A stretch of 59,876 nucleotides of DNA, the filler included, from Catajapyx aquilonaris (taxonomy: Eukaryota), in NCBI GenBank assembly GCA_000934665.2. It is 2 parts of 2 records of this genome, joined end to end, with 100 filler letters (N's around TTAATTAATTAA, not from the genome) between each part and the next. Parts side by side here need not be neighbours in the genome. Positions count along the whole stretch, not along the records: positions 1 to 29,929 come from KZ539201.1; positions 30,030 to 59,876 come from JYFJ02004725.1. One strand, written 5' to 3'. Every line of letters begins with the position of its first letter. Position 1 is the stretch's first letter. Below, piece by piece: positions 23,747-35,439 of this stretch. The notes under the pieces are model-generated. The model had not been told where the DNA came from, made no database searches, and saw only the letters and a list, made by a program, of their open reading frames with translations. The position numbers and the translations under genes were made by a program.

Positions 23747-23987
23747 TGTTTCCTCTTCAAAAAATCACGAGTGGGAGTCAAAGGTATTACTGCCTCCCAC
23801 AAATAACCTGCAAAAGAATATGTGTGAAAGGAGGGCGGCATAATAATCTTACAAAGATACCGCATGCATTGTGTAGTGCAGTAGGTTGCTGATAAATTGA
23901 TAATAACCATGAAATAGGTTTTGAAGTCACTGACATAAATTCATTTGAGATGCCAAGAAATATCATAGATTATTTACTCCAAGTTTA

Positions 23988-24154
23988 AGGTGCATTTAAA
24001 TGTGAGCGATTTGATCGGGCGGTAACATCGCTGCGTAACCATAGTAACCAATATATTACGAGGCGAAAATCGATTGTTACTTTCACTTCAAACAATTGGA
24101 GTTGCCGCTCAGCGTGACATCGCGCGATCAAATCGCTCACATGTAAACGCACCT
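23988..24154. mobile_element. Tourist-like (PIF/Harbinger) MITE
   Basis: TSD TTA; TIR AGGTGC.TTTA.ATGTGAGCGATTTGATCG mirrored at 24125-24154. Confidence 0.82.
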
Positions 24155-24606
24155 TTAAACAGAACCTAGCCAGGACTATAATAAATTATTGTTCTCAGTC
24201 TCTCCTGACTACTTTAAACTGCTTGGAGTAAATACACCACAACTTTCTCTTTACCATTGTTCAAGGGTTCTGGTTGGCAATCAACCCTTTTTAAGTTGTA
24301 ACTGGGTCATTCCAGCTCAACTGAGTCAAAGTGTTGCTCGACCATCTCCAATTTTGCTGAAAAAAATCATGGTTGTACATACTCTAGACCTAATGCGAAA
24401 TATCACATTTCAGCCCTATTGTGCAACACTGGTGGGAGGGGGGCGCTCTCGAAATTAGTACTGAGCGGGAAATCAGCCCCTTTTCGGCGATTTATTTCAG
24501 TGTGTGGGAGTCGTCCAAACCCATCCAACATATATATCAAAAGAAAGAGGAAGATGAGGAGAATGCAGCTATGGAAGTGGTTTCACTCACAAATGCAACC
24601 AGAAAT

Positions 24607-24762
24607 AATAATCATAATTATTATTATTATAATAATTGGTTTTATTATCTGGCCGGGTCTTGGCCCTTGCGCAGGGGGGAAGCACCTTTTTACATCAATT
24701 ATCTTATACCCTTGGACCAATGAACTGTATACATCAGTCAAGATCTTATGACTTATGTTCCT
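24607..24762 (-). mobile_element. 5'-truncated LINE 3' end inserted in the left arm of the fold-back
   Basis: 15-bp TSD AATGCAACCAGAAAT (24592-24606, 24763-24777); absent from the right arm. The minus strand shows a stem-loop, AATAAA and a (TAA)-type tail. Confidence 0.75.
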
Positions 24763-25728
24763 AATGCAACCAGAAATGGCTTTACATAGCTCTCAAATTT
24801 CCAAGAATTTGGGCCTCCAAAAATTAGTGATGTATTTGAGCCACATATTTCATATTTGTTCACACGAATATAGACCCACGCAAGTTGCAATATGTGTAGT
24901 TTGAAGCTTGAGTCATGAATAGTTCAGGAGCAAAAACATTAGCAACTTTTGAGTTTTCTGGCAATTTCTTGACATATCACCCCGGTTTTCGCTATGTGGT
25001 CCTTGTAAAGTATGACCAACATATATATTATTGGAAACGTCGTCTCATGTGGTGTGCAATGATACATGTCGCATTAGACACATTCAAATAACAACGACGT
25101 GGTGTTTTTTTGAAAAAGGGGTTGAGCAGAGCGTCAAATTGGCATTGTCAGCCAAGTGGGGGATTCCCCTGACCGGTGAAATTGACATATTGGTTCCAAA
25201 ATAATGCTCACATCGCTGTATTATGGCAAGAAAGCATTGCAGGCCATTCTACCTCAGCCACTGTCTCAGTTTCCCCCCTGAATGACAGTGAACATAAATA
25301 TACTTTGTGAATTCTTCGAGATCATTGTGCAGCGGCTGGAAATCGTTTTGGCCCACTATCATAGTATGTCAAATTAGTAAGGAAGTGCATTGGCTGTTTT
25401 TCAGAGTTATTGGCTGCAAATTATATAGTCCAACCTCCTATGCAACTGGTTGAAAATTTTTTTGAAAGTACCCACATAAAATTGCGTTTCAATATGAATT
25501 CACTATCGATGTGAACATTACACTTTTTTTTAGCCGAGCCAAGCATTTTCCACTCTCTGCTGGTCAACAGATGATACGCCTTAAGCCACTGTACATGGTG
25601 CACAAGGGCGTCGAAGAATTCACACGTTCACTGTCAATCAGGGGGCAAACTGAGGCAGTGGCAGAGGTAGAATGGCCTGCAATGCTTTCTTGCCATAAGA
25701 CAACGATGTGAGCATTATTTTGGAACTA

Positions 25729-26305
25729 CAGGGTGGGCGAAAAGTCCCAGGACACCTGGCTTTTTTTGACTGCAAAACAAATCTGTGCATGGAAAATGTG
25801 TCGGGGATGCTGGTGTGACATATTCTGGACACTGACGGAACTGTTTGATGAGGGGAGACATCTGGGGACCCCCAACAACACCCACAGTAAGTTAACACTG
25901 TTAACAGTGCAAGATGGCAGATACGAGCGGGTTCACTGTGGAGGAGAGACTTGTGGCTACTGTGTGGGTCCACGGGAGGCCTCATATGGGAAAGAACATA
26001 ACACACATCATGCAGGATATCAGGGCTCCTTTTGGTAAGGTGCCACCGAGAAGAAGTAACTTGTTCAAGTGGGAGAAAAAAGCATTCAGCATGGGAAATG
26101 TGAAAGACGGGAAGCGTGAAAGACACTTCCCTTGCTAAATGCTTTTTATGGGTGTTGTTGGGGGTCCTCAGATGTCTCCCCTCATCAAACAGTTCCATCA
26201 GTGTCCAGAAGGTGTTACACCAGCATTTCCGACACATTTTCCATGCACAGATTTGTTTTGCAGGCAAAAAAAGGCCAGGTGTCCTGGGACTTTTCGCCCA
26301 CCCTG
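25729..26305 (+). mobile_element. Tc1/mariner-superfamily MITE with transposase N-terminal HTH remnant (DUF4817-like)
   Basis: TA TSD; ~150-bp TIR CAGGGTGGGCGAAAAGTCCCAGGACACCTGG. ORF 25914-26138 reads MADTSGFTVEERLVATVWVH...FGKVPPRRSNLFKWEKKAFSMGNVKD. Confidence 0.85.
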
Positions 26306-26639
26306 TATATTATGTGAATTTCACCGGTCAGGGGAATCCCCCACACGGCTTACAATGCCAATTTGACACGCCGCTCAGCCCCTTTTTCAAAAAATCGCCC
26401 CGTCGTTGTTCTTTGAATGTGCGTAATGAGACATGTATCATTGCACAGCACATGAGACGACGTTTCCAATATTATATATGTTCGTCATACTTTGCAAGGG
26501 CCATATCACATAGCGAAAACCGAGGTGAAATGTCAAGAAATTGCCCAAAAACTTGCTACTTTTTTTGCTCACGAACTATTCATGACTCAAGCTTCAAACT
26601 ACACATATTGCAACTTGCGTGGGTCTATATTCGTGTCAC

Positions 26640-26694
26640 GATCAAATAATAATGGTCCGTGCCGAACGCCGAAAAGTGAAGCCCTACCCCGACA

Positions 26695-26765
<71 letters not shown>
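26640..26765 (+). mobile_element. 5'-truncated SINE/LINE 3' end with long (ATT)n tail in the right arm of the fold-back
   Basis: 14-bp TSD TATATTCGTGTCAC (26626-26639, 26766-26779); AAATAA..GGTCCGTG motif shared with the 3' ends of the SINEs at 45723 and 46990. Confidence 0.78.
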
Positions 26766-26770
<5 letters not shown>

Positions 26771-27985
26771 TCGTGTCACCAAATATGAAACATGGGGCTC
26801 AAATACATCCCTAATTTTTGGAGGCCCAAATTCTTGGAAATTTGACCGATGTAAAGCCATTTCTGGTTGCATTTGTGAGTGAAACCACTTCCATAGCTGC
26901 ATTCTCCTCACCTTCCTCTTTCTTTTGATATAAATGTTGGATGGGTTTGGACGACTCCCACACACCGAAATAATTAGCCGAAAAGGGGCTGATTTCCCGC
27001 CCGGCCCTAATTTCGGGAGCGCCCCCCTCCCACCAGTGTTGCACAATAGGGCTGAAATTTGATATTTCGCATTAGGTCTAGGGTATGTACAACTATTCAG
27101 CAAAATCGGAGATGGTCGAGAAACACTTTGACTCAGTTGAGCTGGAATGACCCAACTGGTATCTTCTTGTAAAACTATGCATATCTGCTACACTCACTGA
27201 GTATCATGACTCCACTAGTGCCTGTCCTGTGAATAAGAATTCCAACCAGTCAAGAACTAACATGCCAACCTGCACATGTTCACGTGGCACCTAAATTATT
27301 TCTAGTCTTTTGATGTTTCAATGCTTACATTATGAAATGAGCCCACATCAAGAGGGTGGGAAGTGTGCCAGTCAAATACATCACTCTACTTTGTGCATAA
27401 CATCTGTTGGCATTGAGCATCATTATTTATTCAAATGCATGACATATACAGCATATCTCGCCAGTGCATAAACTCATATCTCAAACAGCAATAGTCACCA
27501 GAGCCTTAAAATGCTGACCTTGGTCAAGTGAAATATAATTTTGCAGCACAAGGCCATGCCCAAATTTTTCAGTGGCATGCGAACATATCTGGTGGTGCCA
27601 ATGTAGAGCATATCAAAAATTCCAAAATAATACATTTGTGCAGACATGCAAGGTCATCTTTCTGGAGTAGTTTTAAAATAGTGTATTCCTATGGGAAAAT
27701 CCCATATTGTGTGTCTGGGAAATATTTCTCTGGCACTTTTTCCAAGCACTTCTGAGAATCAAAGCTGATGTCTTTTTAAGGGTACCTAGACATGAAGGCA
27801 AGGCAAGGGCATTTAACACGTAATCTTCGCAAATAGCCAAATAACTGTTGCTTGCCAAGCACATCATTACTGCAATTAAAATCCTATCAGCTCTGCATAA
27901 AATCTGGCACTATTCTCCACCTATTCTTCAAGTTAAACACCTCTAATTTAAACAACGCACAAAAAACCCTATAATAGTGTCTTAA

Positions 27986-28269
27986 CCCTGGAACCGTGAT
28001 GTGCCTGAAAGTTACGGCAACCGTGACGTGGGGTCTTTTAGGACCCCATCCATATTTTAATTTGTATTAATTTTTATATAATACTTTTCAATGTATTGAC
28101 TATAATATGCAATCATTCTTTGAACAATGCCTAAAATGATCGCTAATTCAAAATAAACATGCACTTCCTGTTATATACTTTTAAAAATTGGCAGAAGTTC
28201 ATTGTAATTATCATTTTAATGCATTTTAATTCCTTGGGGTCCTAAAGACCCCATGGCATGGTTCCAGGG
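27986..28269. mobile_element. piggyBac-like MITE (family also at 56728 and 58603)
   Basis: TTAA TSD; TIR CCCTGGAACC / GGTTCCAGGG; three near-identical copies in the window. Confidence 0.88.
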
Positions 28270-29569
28270 TTAAATGGAATTCCCAGTGACTCACCATTCA
28301 CTAAAATCACCTAGAGGAGCCAATTATTTAAACTACAAATCCTCAGAAGTTTACATCACAGACAGGGTGATATAATGACTAAATTGACATCACTAACAAT
28401 GGGGAGCGGGGGGACATAGAAGAAACCTGTCTATGATACATGAAGAGAAAACTTATCGTTATGCACTGTACACAGTGTGCGTCTACGTAGCCTGACAGCA
28501 AAGCTAATCCAGTCAAAATAATCTACTCAGGCCACTCATACATTAATTTTAGGTTCAGAAACACAAAATATTTAGCAATGCTGTTAACCTCCACTTACTC
28601 AAATGGTCAGTTCATGTCTTACCCGTCTAAAATAACTGCTGCTTATAAAAATCACACCGCCTCGACTTCACCAACTGATCACAAACTTCATGCACACTTT
28701 GACAAAAAGGTCAAATAACTTATCCCTATGAGGCACTCAAACACACTGCACTGTCTGTGACCCTCAGGCTACGCAATTTTTAAAAAATGCCGTGAAAGGG
28801 ATATGGTCCAGGTGCCATAAAACTGATCCGACCACCAGTCCCTTTGGTCTTGCTTGAGCTGTGTAATTGAACTCCAATTAAAACTAACCCCAAGGTCCTT
28901 ATGATCCAAGGATTTTAGTGGAAGAAAAAAAAAATTATGTATAACTGGCGACGTCACCAAAATGACGTGTCGATATGCGCTAAATCGTATGATAATACTG
29001 TGCAGAGTATTTCACAGTGACGAACTGACCTTTGTCCTCTCAAAGGCATGCCTGATGACTGGACCTCAAGTAACCTCCCCCCATCCGTTGTTGTAGCAGG
29101 CCACGGGAAAGGATGTAATAAGATAACGTGATTCTATCGCTAGCTACCGTGCTTGCTACTATCATCGTCTGTTCAAAGAAATAAGATAGTATCAACATTC
29201 TAGCTATCCAGATTTTTTTTCTTTTTCCTTTTTCCTTTTTCAAACACAACTGCTGGGCTCGCTGGGCTGATCACATTTTCTTTAATTATTACAAATACCG
29301 TTTATGTATATATGTATGTATGTATGTGAAAGTGATGAACCACAACGCTCTTGGGTGTCTAGGCCTGGTAAACCGGTTTTGTGTATCCTAAAACAGGTGT
29401 TTTTCCCCACCTCGATGATCCGCAGAAACTTGAGTCAGTAAAATCATATTTTTGGAGAGGGGGGGGGGGGGGGGGAAATGGGAAAAACACCNCAAGTGCC
29501 TAGAGAAGCTCATTTATTGCTCATTACAATCAGCATGTATAATGTAGTTTTTTTCCCCCACCAGTTCAC

Positions 29570-29765
29570 CCCTGGTTTTGAAACCAGCAAGACCAGCAAA
29601 CACCATCATGCTGGTACCAGCAAAACAGTGCCAATTCCCAGCAGACCAGCATACCAGCAATGATAGCTTGAAACCAGCAGAGACCAGCAAAAAACCAGCA
29701 TGCTGGTACCAGCAAAACAGTGCCAAATTCCCAGCAGACCAGCATTGCTGGTTTCAAAACCAGGG
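29570..29765. mobile_element. CACTA/EnSpm-like MITE
   Basis: TIR CCCTGGTTTTGAAACCAGCAA / TTGCTGGTTTCAAAACCAGGG; 2-bp TSD AC; interior built of ACCAGCA repeats. Confidence 0.75.
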
Positions 29766-29830
29766 ACAGTTTGAAGCCAAACGTATGACTACTCAAAGAT
29801 GTTGCAGGTGAAGTTTTGATGCTACTACAA

Positions 29831-29863
<33 letters not shown>

Positions 29864-29929
29864 TTTATTCACCTGCGGGGCTTTAAGGGCCCTTTTGCAG
29901 GGGGGAGCGCTCTTTACATGTTTCATTTT
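29831..29929 (-). repeat. (TAAG)n microsatellite tail of a LINE-like 3' end, cut by the spacer
   Basis: (TAAG)x8 followed by TTTATT and a GC-rich stem-loop resembling 24650-24692. Confidence 0.55.
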
Positions 29930-30029
29930 NNNNNNNNNNNNNNNNNNNNNNNNNNNNNNNNNNNNNNNNNNNNTTAATTAATTAANNNNNNNNNNNNNNN
30001 NNNNNNNNNNNNNNNNNNNNNNNNNNNNN
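29930..30029. other. Artificial 100-nt contig spacer (44 N + TTAATTAATTAA + 44 N)
   Basis: Symmetric N runs around a 12-mer (29974-29985) that has stop codons in all six frames. Confidence 0.93.
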
Positions 30030-33000
30030 ATTATATATAATATTGTAGTAGACCCCTTGCCACCAGCAGGGACCATGGCCAGACAAGGCAGTGCCCGAGT
30101 TCCAGAACACGTCAGTTCTCTCTAACATTTTATTCTAGACTGAACACTATTCTTGTTGATATGCTACACAACAATAACACAATGTGGCCAACAGGACCAC
30201 TACAATATAATTATAATTGGCTAGGTGTGTTTGTGGGGTGGGAGGCATGGGTTTGCTTGGGGAGGGGGGTGTATGCTACCAAAGGAATCTTACATGTGTC
30301 GTACTCTCACCAGTGATCATCCCAACTTGAATATCAACATTTGCACTGAGCAAGGTGGGGCGATTTGCATGTTGGGTGTACCCGCATCATAATGACGGCA
30401 TATATGGAGGGGGTCTCACTTGAGGCCCAATCTTCCTTAGTATTATACTAGCCAACAGGACTGATATGGCCACATGTAGTTCACATGTAGGGCTACAACA
30501 TACGTGAAAACCAGCGAAAAATAAAGTGTTATAATTTTAAAAATTAAATGTTTAAAATTTGCAATTTCAATCTTTTTAACGCAAAAATCTAAAATTTTAA
30601 AATTAACCATAGAATACGATTATATCAACCTTTCTGAGTAAATTGATATCTAAAGCACATCTATCTCACGATTAGTTGCGGAGAAACAGCCAAAAGAAAA
30701 AATGGCTCTCAAAGAAAAGGCTCAAAATTACCACCCCCCAAAAAACGGCTAAAAATCAAAAAATTTCAAAACGCTTTGGTACAATGTTTTAGCAGCGCTA
30801 GGTCACCATAACCTGTGAATATCATTCAAATCCGCCACATCAAGGGTACAAAGGGTACTGACATGAAATGACCCTGTTAGGTTTCATGTCATCGTCATCA
30901 ACCAGTTCTGGACTGATGAGCTGCCTTGTGAATGAAATTCAAACATTTACAGCCATTAGCCATTAGCCATTAGCACATTAGCCATTAGCACAATTAATTC
31001 TGCACAAAATAGTCGCAATATAAGTTATGCATTGAAAAAGGGTGGATATGACACTTTCAGGACCAGCTCCAGTCGAAAGTTGTACCGTACTGGACCACAT
31101 GCAGACATGATGCGGAACAATTAGCTCTTATCCTTGTCTCACCTACCATCAATCGGACACGTGTCTCTATACTTTGGAAATATTTTACGGTCCGGGGTAT
31201 CGAGGTATGTAACTATGGCAAGGAAAGTAATCAAAATAATTCCCGCTCAAATTTCAATACTTATAGGAATACAGGCCAGACAAAATACATATGACGATAT
31301 GAGCAAACTGGCAATCCACCAATCCTACCCGTTGTGCAATGCGTAGCCGGAAAAGTAAACAGTCGCATTACATTCATAATGCGTCATTATTTTCGCCAGC
31401 CCCAACCGGCCCCATTGTAATTCTGCCTGTGTCACATAACATCATATACATGTGTGGGAGGGCCAAGGGTCGACTCATGGTGATGAATGCACGCGATATG
31501 AATTGATTCCGTGCTGTTTTCCTGAAACCAGATCTATGCTGTCTCCGTCTCGAAACCCCCCNCCCCCCCCCCCCCACTTCCTGTCCTTCAAGGCAACCCT
31601 TTCACACGTGTGAATCATTATCCTGGCATGAGAGCTAGTCCACCAACTCAGGCCACCTTTAACCCCAGCTGGCTGGGACATATCTGGGAATGAGAACAAC
31701 AAGTGTCCAGTTACCTCAGAACTGCAAAGTGATTCTAATTCATGCAGTTTAATAGTATCGTTGAGATATAAGGCTTGGCCATGGATGCATAATTTATCTT
31801 TGTATTGTAACTGTGTACTGATCAAAACAATCCAAGTTGCCCACTAAATGACCAAACAGTTCATATCTTCCTTTCAGGCACTGGACTGGACCGCACGGGA
31901 CAATGCCTCAAATTAGGATATTCTTCGGTAATTACCTTCCTGCTGTATATGGCAATATGGTTAGATTCCGTAATTGGCTGCCATTTTGTCGCATAACATT
32001 GGTGGCGTATGGCGGCTGGAAATTTTTCTCAAGATGTAAATTAAGTCATGACTTCCGGTGTTTACTTGCAGAATAGTTTTGAGCGCGCATGGTACCATAT
32101 GGGTTTAGCTCTGCGTGTAAAGATTATTAGATAAAGTTTTCCGCGGCATTTTCCCATACTTTGCAGAAATCCGATCTCTTGCTAGTGCACTACAAAAAAT
32201 AATTCGTGGAGAGTACTCAAGCCACAGCAATTTGTAAATGATTATTTCAGAAATTCTTGAGCCGTCATCAGACGAACAGTGACCTCTGATGCTTGCTAAT
32301 TACTCCTGCAGGATATCTCCATCTGGATAACCCTCTTTGTCACTCTCCCAGCTGCAGAAGCCAAGCCGCGTCTATTCATAGCTTTCAGACCGGTTTTGGG
32401 GATTGCCACTCTGATTTTATCACGCATTTCTCCTTTTCGTGCACAAGTTTCCTTAGGACAGGAAGTGTGCAAACTAGCATTTGAACGGCCATTTATGGCA
32501 CTCCAGGGGTATAGGGGTTTTATTACCTTCCACGTGGTGGAGATTAGGCGCCTTTTGTTAGACTTACAGTGTACTTGGAGACATTGTCAATGTCATGACT
32601 GAAATTACAATATGGCCAGATGGTTTCCCGCTAGTTGTTACCACCTTGCTTGCAGGTGGTTGTGATTCAGTGCTGTGTTCATTTCAGTTGAATGCAGTAG
32701 TAACCTCCAGAAAGGCTGCTTAAGTAATGCTCAATAATAATTAATGACTCTTCAAAATTGAATATAGCATTAAATGTCAATATTCATTTAATTCGTAGCA
32801 GAGCAATTAGAATTGTGGTGCTGCTATGTAGCAGATTGTTATAATTCGTATTCCCTAATTATCAGTTACGTCTTTACGTGCCTTATTATTCCCACTCCCT
32901 CCCTCTCCCCCCTTCGACTCCTTATCACCAAAGTTCACACCCCTAAAATAATGTTGGATTATTATGCACTAATCCATCACTTGATGCTGGAAGCAGTGCT

Positions 33001-33088
33001 ATTCGTGATGAATGCGAAGTAGATGCAAGACGCGGTACAGAACACGTTTTCGAGCATTGTCATGTACGTACAAAATCATACTACATTA

Positions 33089-33265
33089 CAGTAAAACCCC
33101 TGTTGTTGGACACCCCTATATATTGGACACCTCTCTATGTTGGACATTTTTTTCGGAACCGTGGAAAAGCCTATCAATGTTAACTATCTCTCTAAGTTGG
33201 ACACCACTCTAGGTTGGACATTTTTTTGTGGAACCGTGAGTGTCCAACATAGAGGGGTTTTACTG
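33089..33265. mobile_element. pogo/Tigger-like MITE
   Basis: TA TSD; TIR CAGTAAAACCCCT..TGTTGGACAC / GTGTCCAACATAGAGGGGTTTTACTG. Confidence 0.85.
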
Positions 33266-34493
33266 TATCACCTAATCGATCGACAAGTGGCTATCAAGTA
33301 TGGTCGGAATCTTTTGAGTACCGTACCCAAACATAACAGTAATCGTATGTTGATCAAAACAAGTGCAGCACATCGAGTAACCATTAACCGCCTACATCAA
33401 GGCCTACATGCATGATTACAAGATAGCAGGCCTGGTATTGAATACTGTGCACCAGGTTTTCGCTCGAGCTTTATTTGTTCAAATCTCATTGGCCATAGTG
33501 TTACACCAGCTTTAAACATTGAATTGGCCCAACGCAATGGCTTAGGACCACTCAATCGAGATTGAACGTTATCTCATTTTGGTCGGCAATTAACGACTGC
33601 TCATTATGCACCGAACTTCCTGTACTGGTTGCGCAAAACAAGCAGCCTCAGCCAAGGAGTAAATCACTCGGCAGTTGAGCGTACAACGGAGAACGGACTT
33701 GATGAGTGATTTACCCCTTGGCATCAGCCCTTGATAAGAAAAGGCGCAATGCAAAATGAATCCTAACGAACATGTGACGTCAGTACATCCAGCACAAAGA
33801 AGGGCTTATGCTGGATTTTTCTTAAGCCATAACCTTGGGCAGAAGCCTGCCTCAACAAAATGCAGCATCATCGGAAGCAACATCCCATTGCCTTCTGACA
33901 ATAAACAAATATCTTCCCTCGAGACACCGTGATACACTCCAAGACTCACGGATCATTAATTTAACTATTAACGTCGCAATTAAGTTATTAACAATAACAT
34001 AAATACCGGTACTAATTTTTAAAACTTGAGGTCTGCGTTACGGTACTGCGTTGGTATGATGCGCGCACTAATGCACTGAAGATGTGCTTACCTCGTCATA
34101 CTGCTCCATGCTTGTGCGCTGCCGGTTCGTGGAGAGTCGAGAATGAAGTTGGACTGTTGGAGAGTGGAGACAGTTTGAGACAAGTTCAAGGGGTGAAATG
34201 GGAAGGGGCGAAGGGGGTCGTCCGTCCGTATTCAAATCACCCTTGGAGGCGGGAATTGAAGAGAAAGAAGAGGGCGAGGCTTATTGGGGAGTGAGCCAAT
34301 TGCAGTGCGGGATCAGACTCTCCTTTGCTTTCCACCACTCACAGCCAGGCTTGCTTCAGCGCATGGCTGGTTTCCCTGAATGAAGCGCCTTTTTCAATAT
34401 TTTGTACAAATTCAATGACTCATAAAGTGCGTACTGGGCACTTACGTGATATACCTGTAATTTTACAGGAGAGGCAAAAATAGGTTGAACATA

Positions 34494-35439
34494 CGAGGGC
34501 CAGTCAAAACAAATTTAGACTGATTTTTTATGTGATAAAAGAGAATTAGTTCATGATTCGCTGTGAATGGCATCGTGTCCAGAATGGATTGGAGTATTAG
34601 ATCACCAATTCTTGTTCGAATATTTCAAGATCCCAGGCAATTCTGAAACCGGAAGTTGACCTAGGTTCGCCTCCGCTCTGTCAGGAGGTTGGCGGTGAGG
34701 ACCAATTTTCAGTGTTGAGGTTTTGTTTCCATTTGAAGAAAAAAAAAAGGCTAGGGAGGTGTACGACATGCTAAGATTATGAGTAGCAGACATCGGTCAC
34801 CGTGTGAGGTCACAAGACGTTGCAACTCTTCGCATGCCTCTCATCTGGTGGTCAACAGCCTGGGGCCCCATCGCATTGGGCGCAAACGATTCTCATGTGA
34901 CAATGGTCAATGCAAAAATCGTGTGGGCACTACCACGGGAGATACCACACATTCTGGCAAGGTCATCGACGGTTAAGCGGCAATCTTCTTGGAAAATCAC
35001 TGCACGCAGGTGATGTTAAAGATCTCCTCGGATGGGATTCTGCAAACCTGTCTTTTTGAAAGCAGACTATAACTTCCGACCCTCGCTGAATGATTTGTAC
35101 CATCGGAATGCTGTGGAACACTTTTCACCATATACCCATCTCCCAGCATGTCATATGCCTCCGCCACTGTGGTTGTCTTCAAACTGAAGCAAAATAACCT
35201 CAATTCTGAATATTGGTCCTCACCGCCGACGTTCTGGCAGAGTACAGGTGAATTAATATGAACCTCGTTCTACTTCCGGTGTCACTGTCTCTTGGGATCT
35301 TGGAATATTCGAACAAAAATTGGTGTCTAATACTTCAATCCATTATGGACACTATGCCATTCACCGCGATTAATGAACTGTTTTTAAATACAAATTAAAA
35401 AAAAAAAAATCCGTCTCAGTTTGTTTTGACTGGCCTTCG
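34494..35439 (-). mobile_element. Mariner-derived element with inverted duplicated 5' end and decayed transposase N-terminus
   Basis: TA TSD; TIR CGAGGGCCAGTCAAAACAAA. Minus-strand remnants LFCF.LKTT..EAYDML, FRWYKSF and EDCRLTVDDLARMCGISRGSAHTI match mariner HTH domains. Confidence 0.85.

Larger units (their letters stand above)
24304..27153. mobile_element. Giant fold-back DNA transposon (Sola2-like: GGG...CCC termini, 4-bp TSD, ~0.9-kb arms)
   Basis: Termini GGGTCATTCCAGCTCAACTGAGTCAAAGTGTT / AACACTTTGACTCAGTTGAGCTGGAATGACCC; TSD AACT (24300-24303, 27154-27157). The arms pair over their whole length apart from three later insertions. No transposase. The superfamily label is an inference from termini and TSD length. 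Confidence 0.85.

Noticed and set aside
23391..23843. 150-aa + strand ORF
   Set aside because: Antisense to the first TMEM165 coding exon.
24419..27103. Mirror-image ORF pairs (e.g. 24419-24751 and 26765-27103; also 48846-49088 and 49173-49364)
   Set aside because: By-products of inverted repeat arms and microsatellites; no protein-like features.
29478..29811. Repetitive ORFs and ACCAGCA array as a CRISPR-like or coding repeat
   Set aside because: Bounded by 21-bp TIRs and a 2-bp TSD, with no unique spacers and a eukaryotic context: a MITE.
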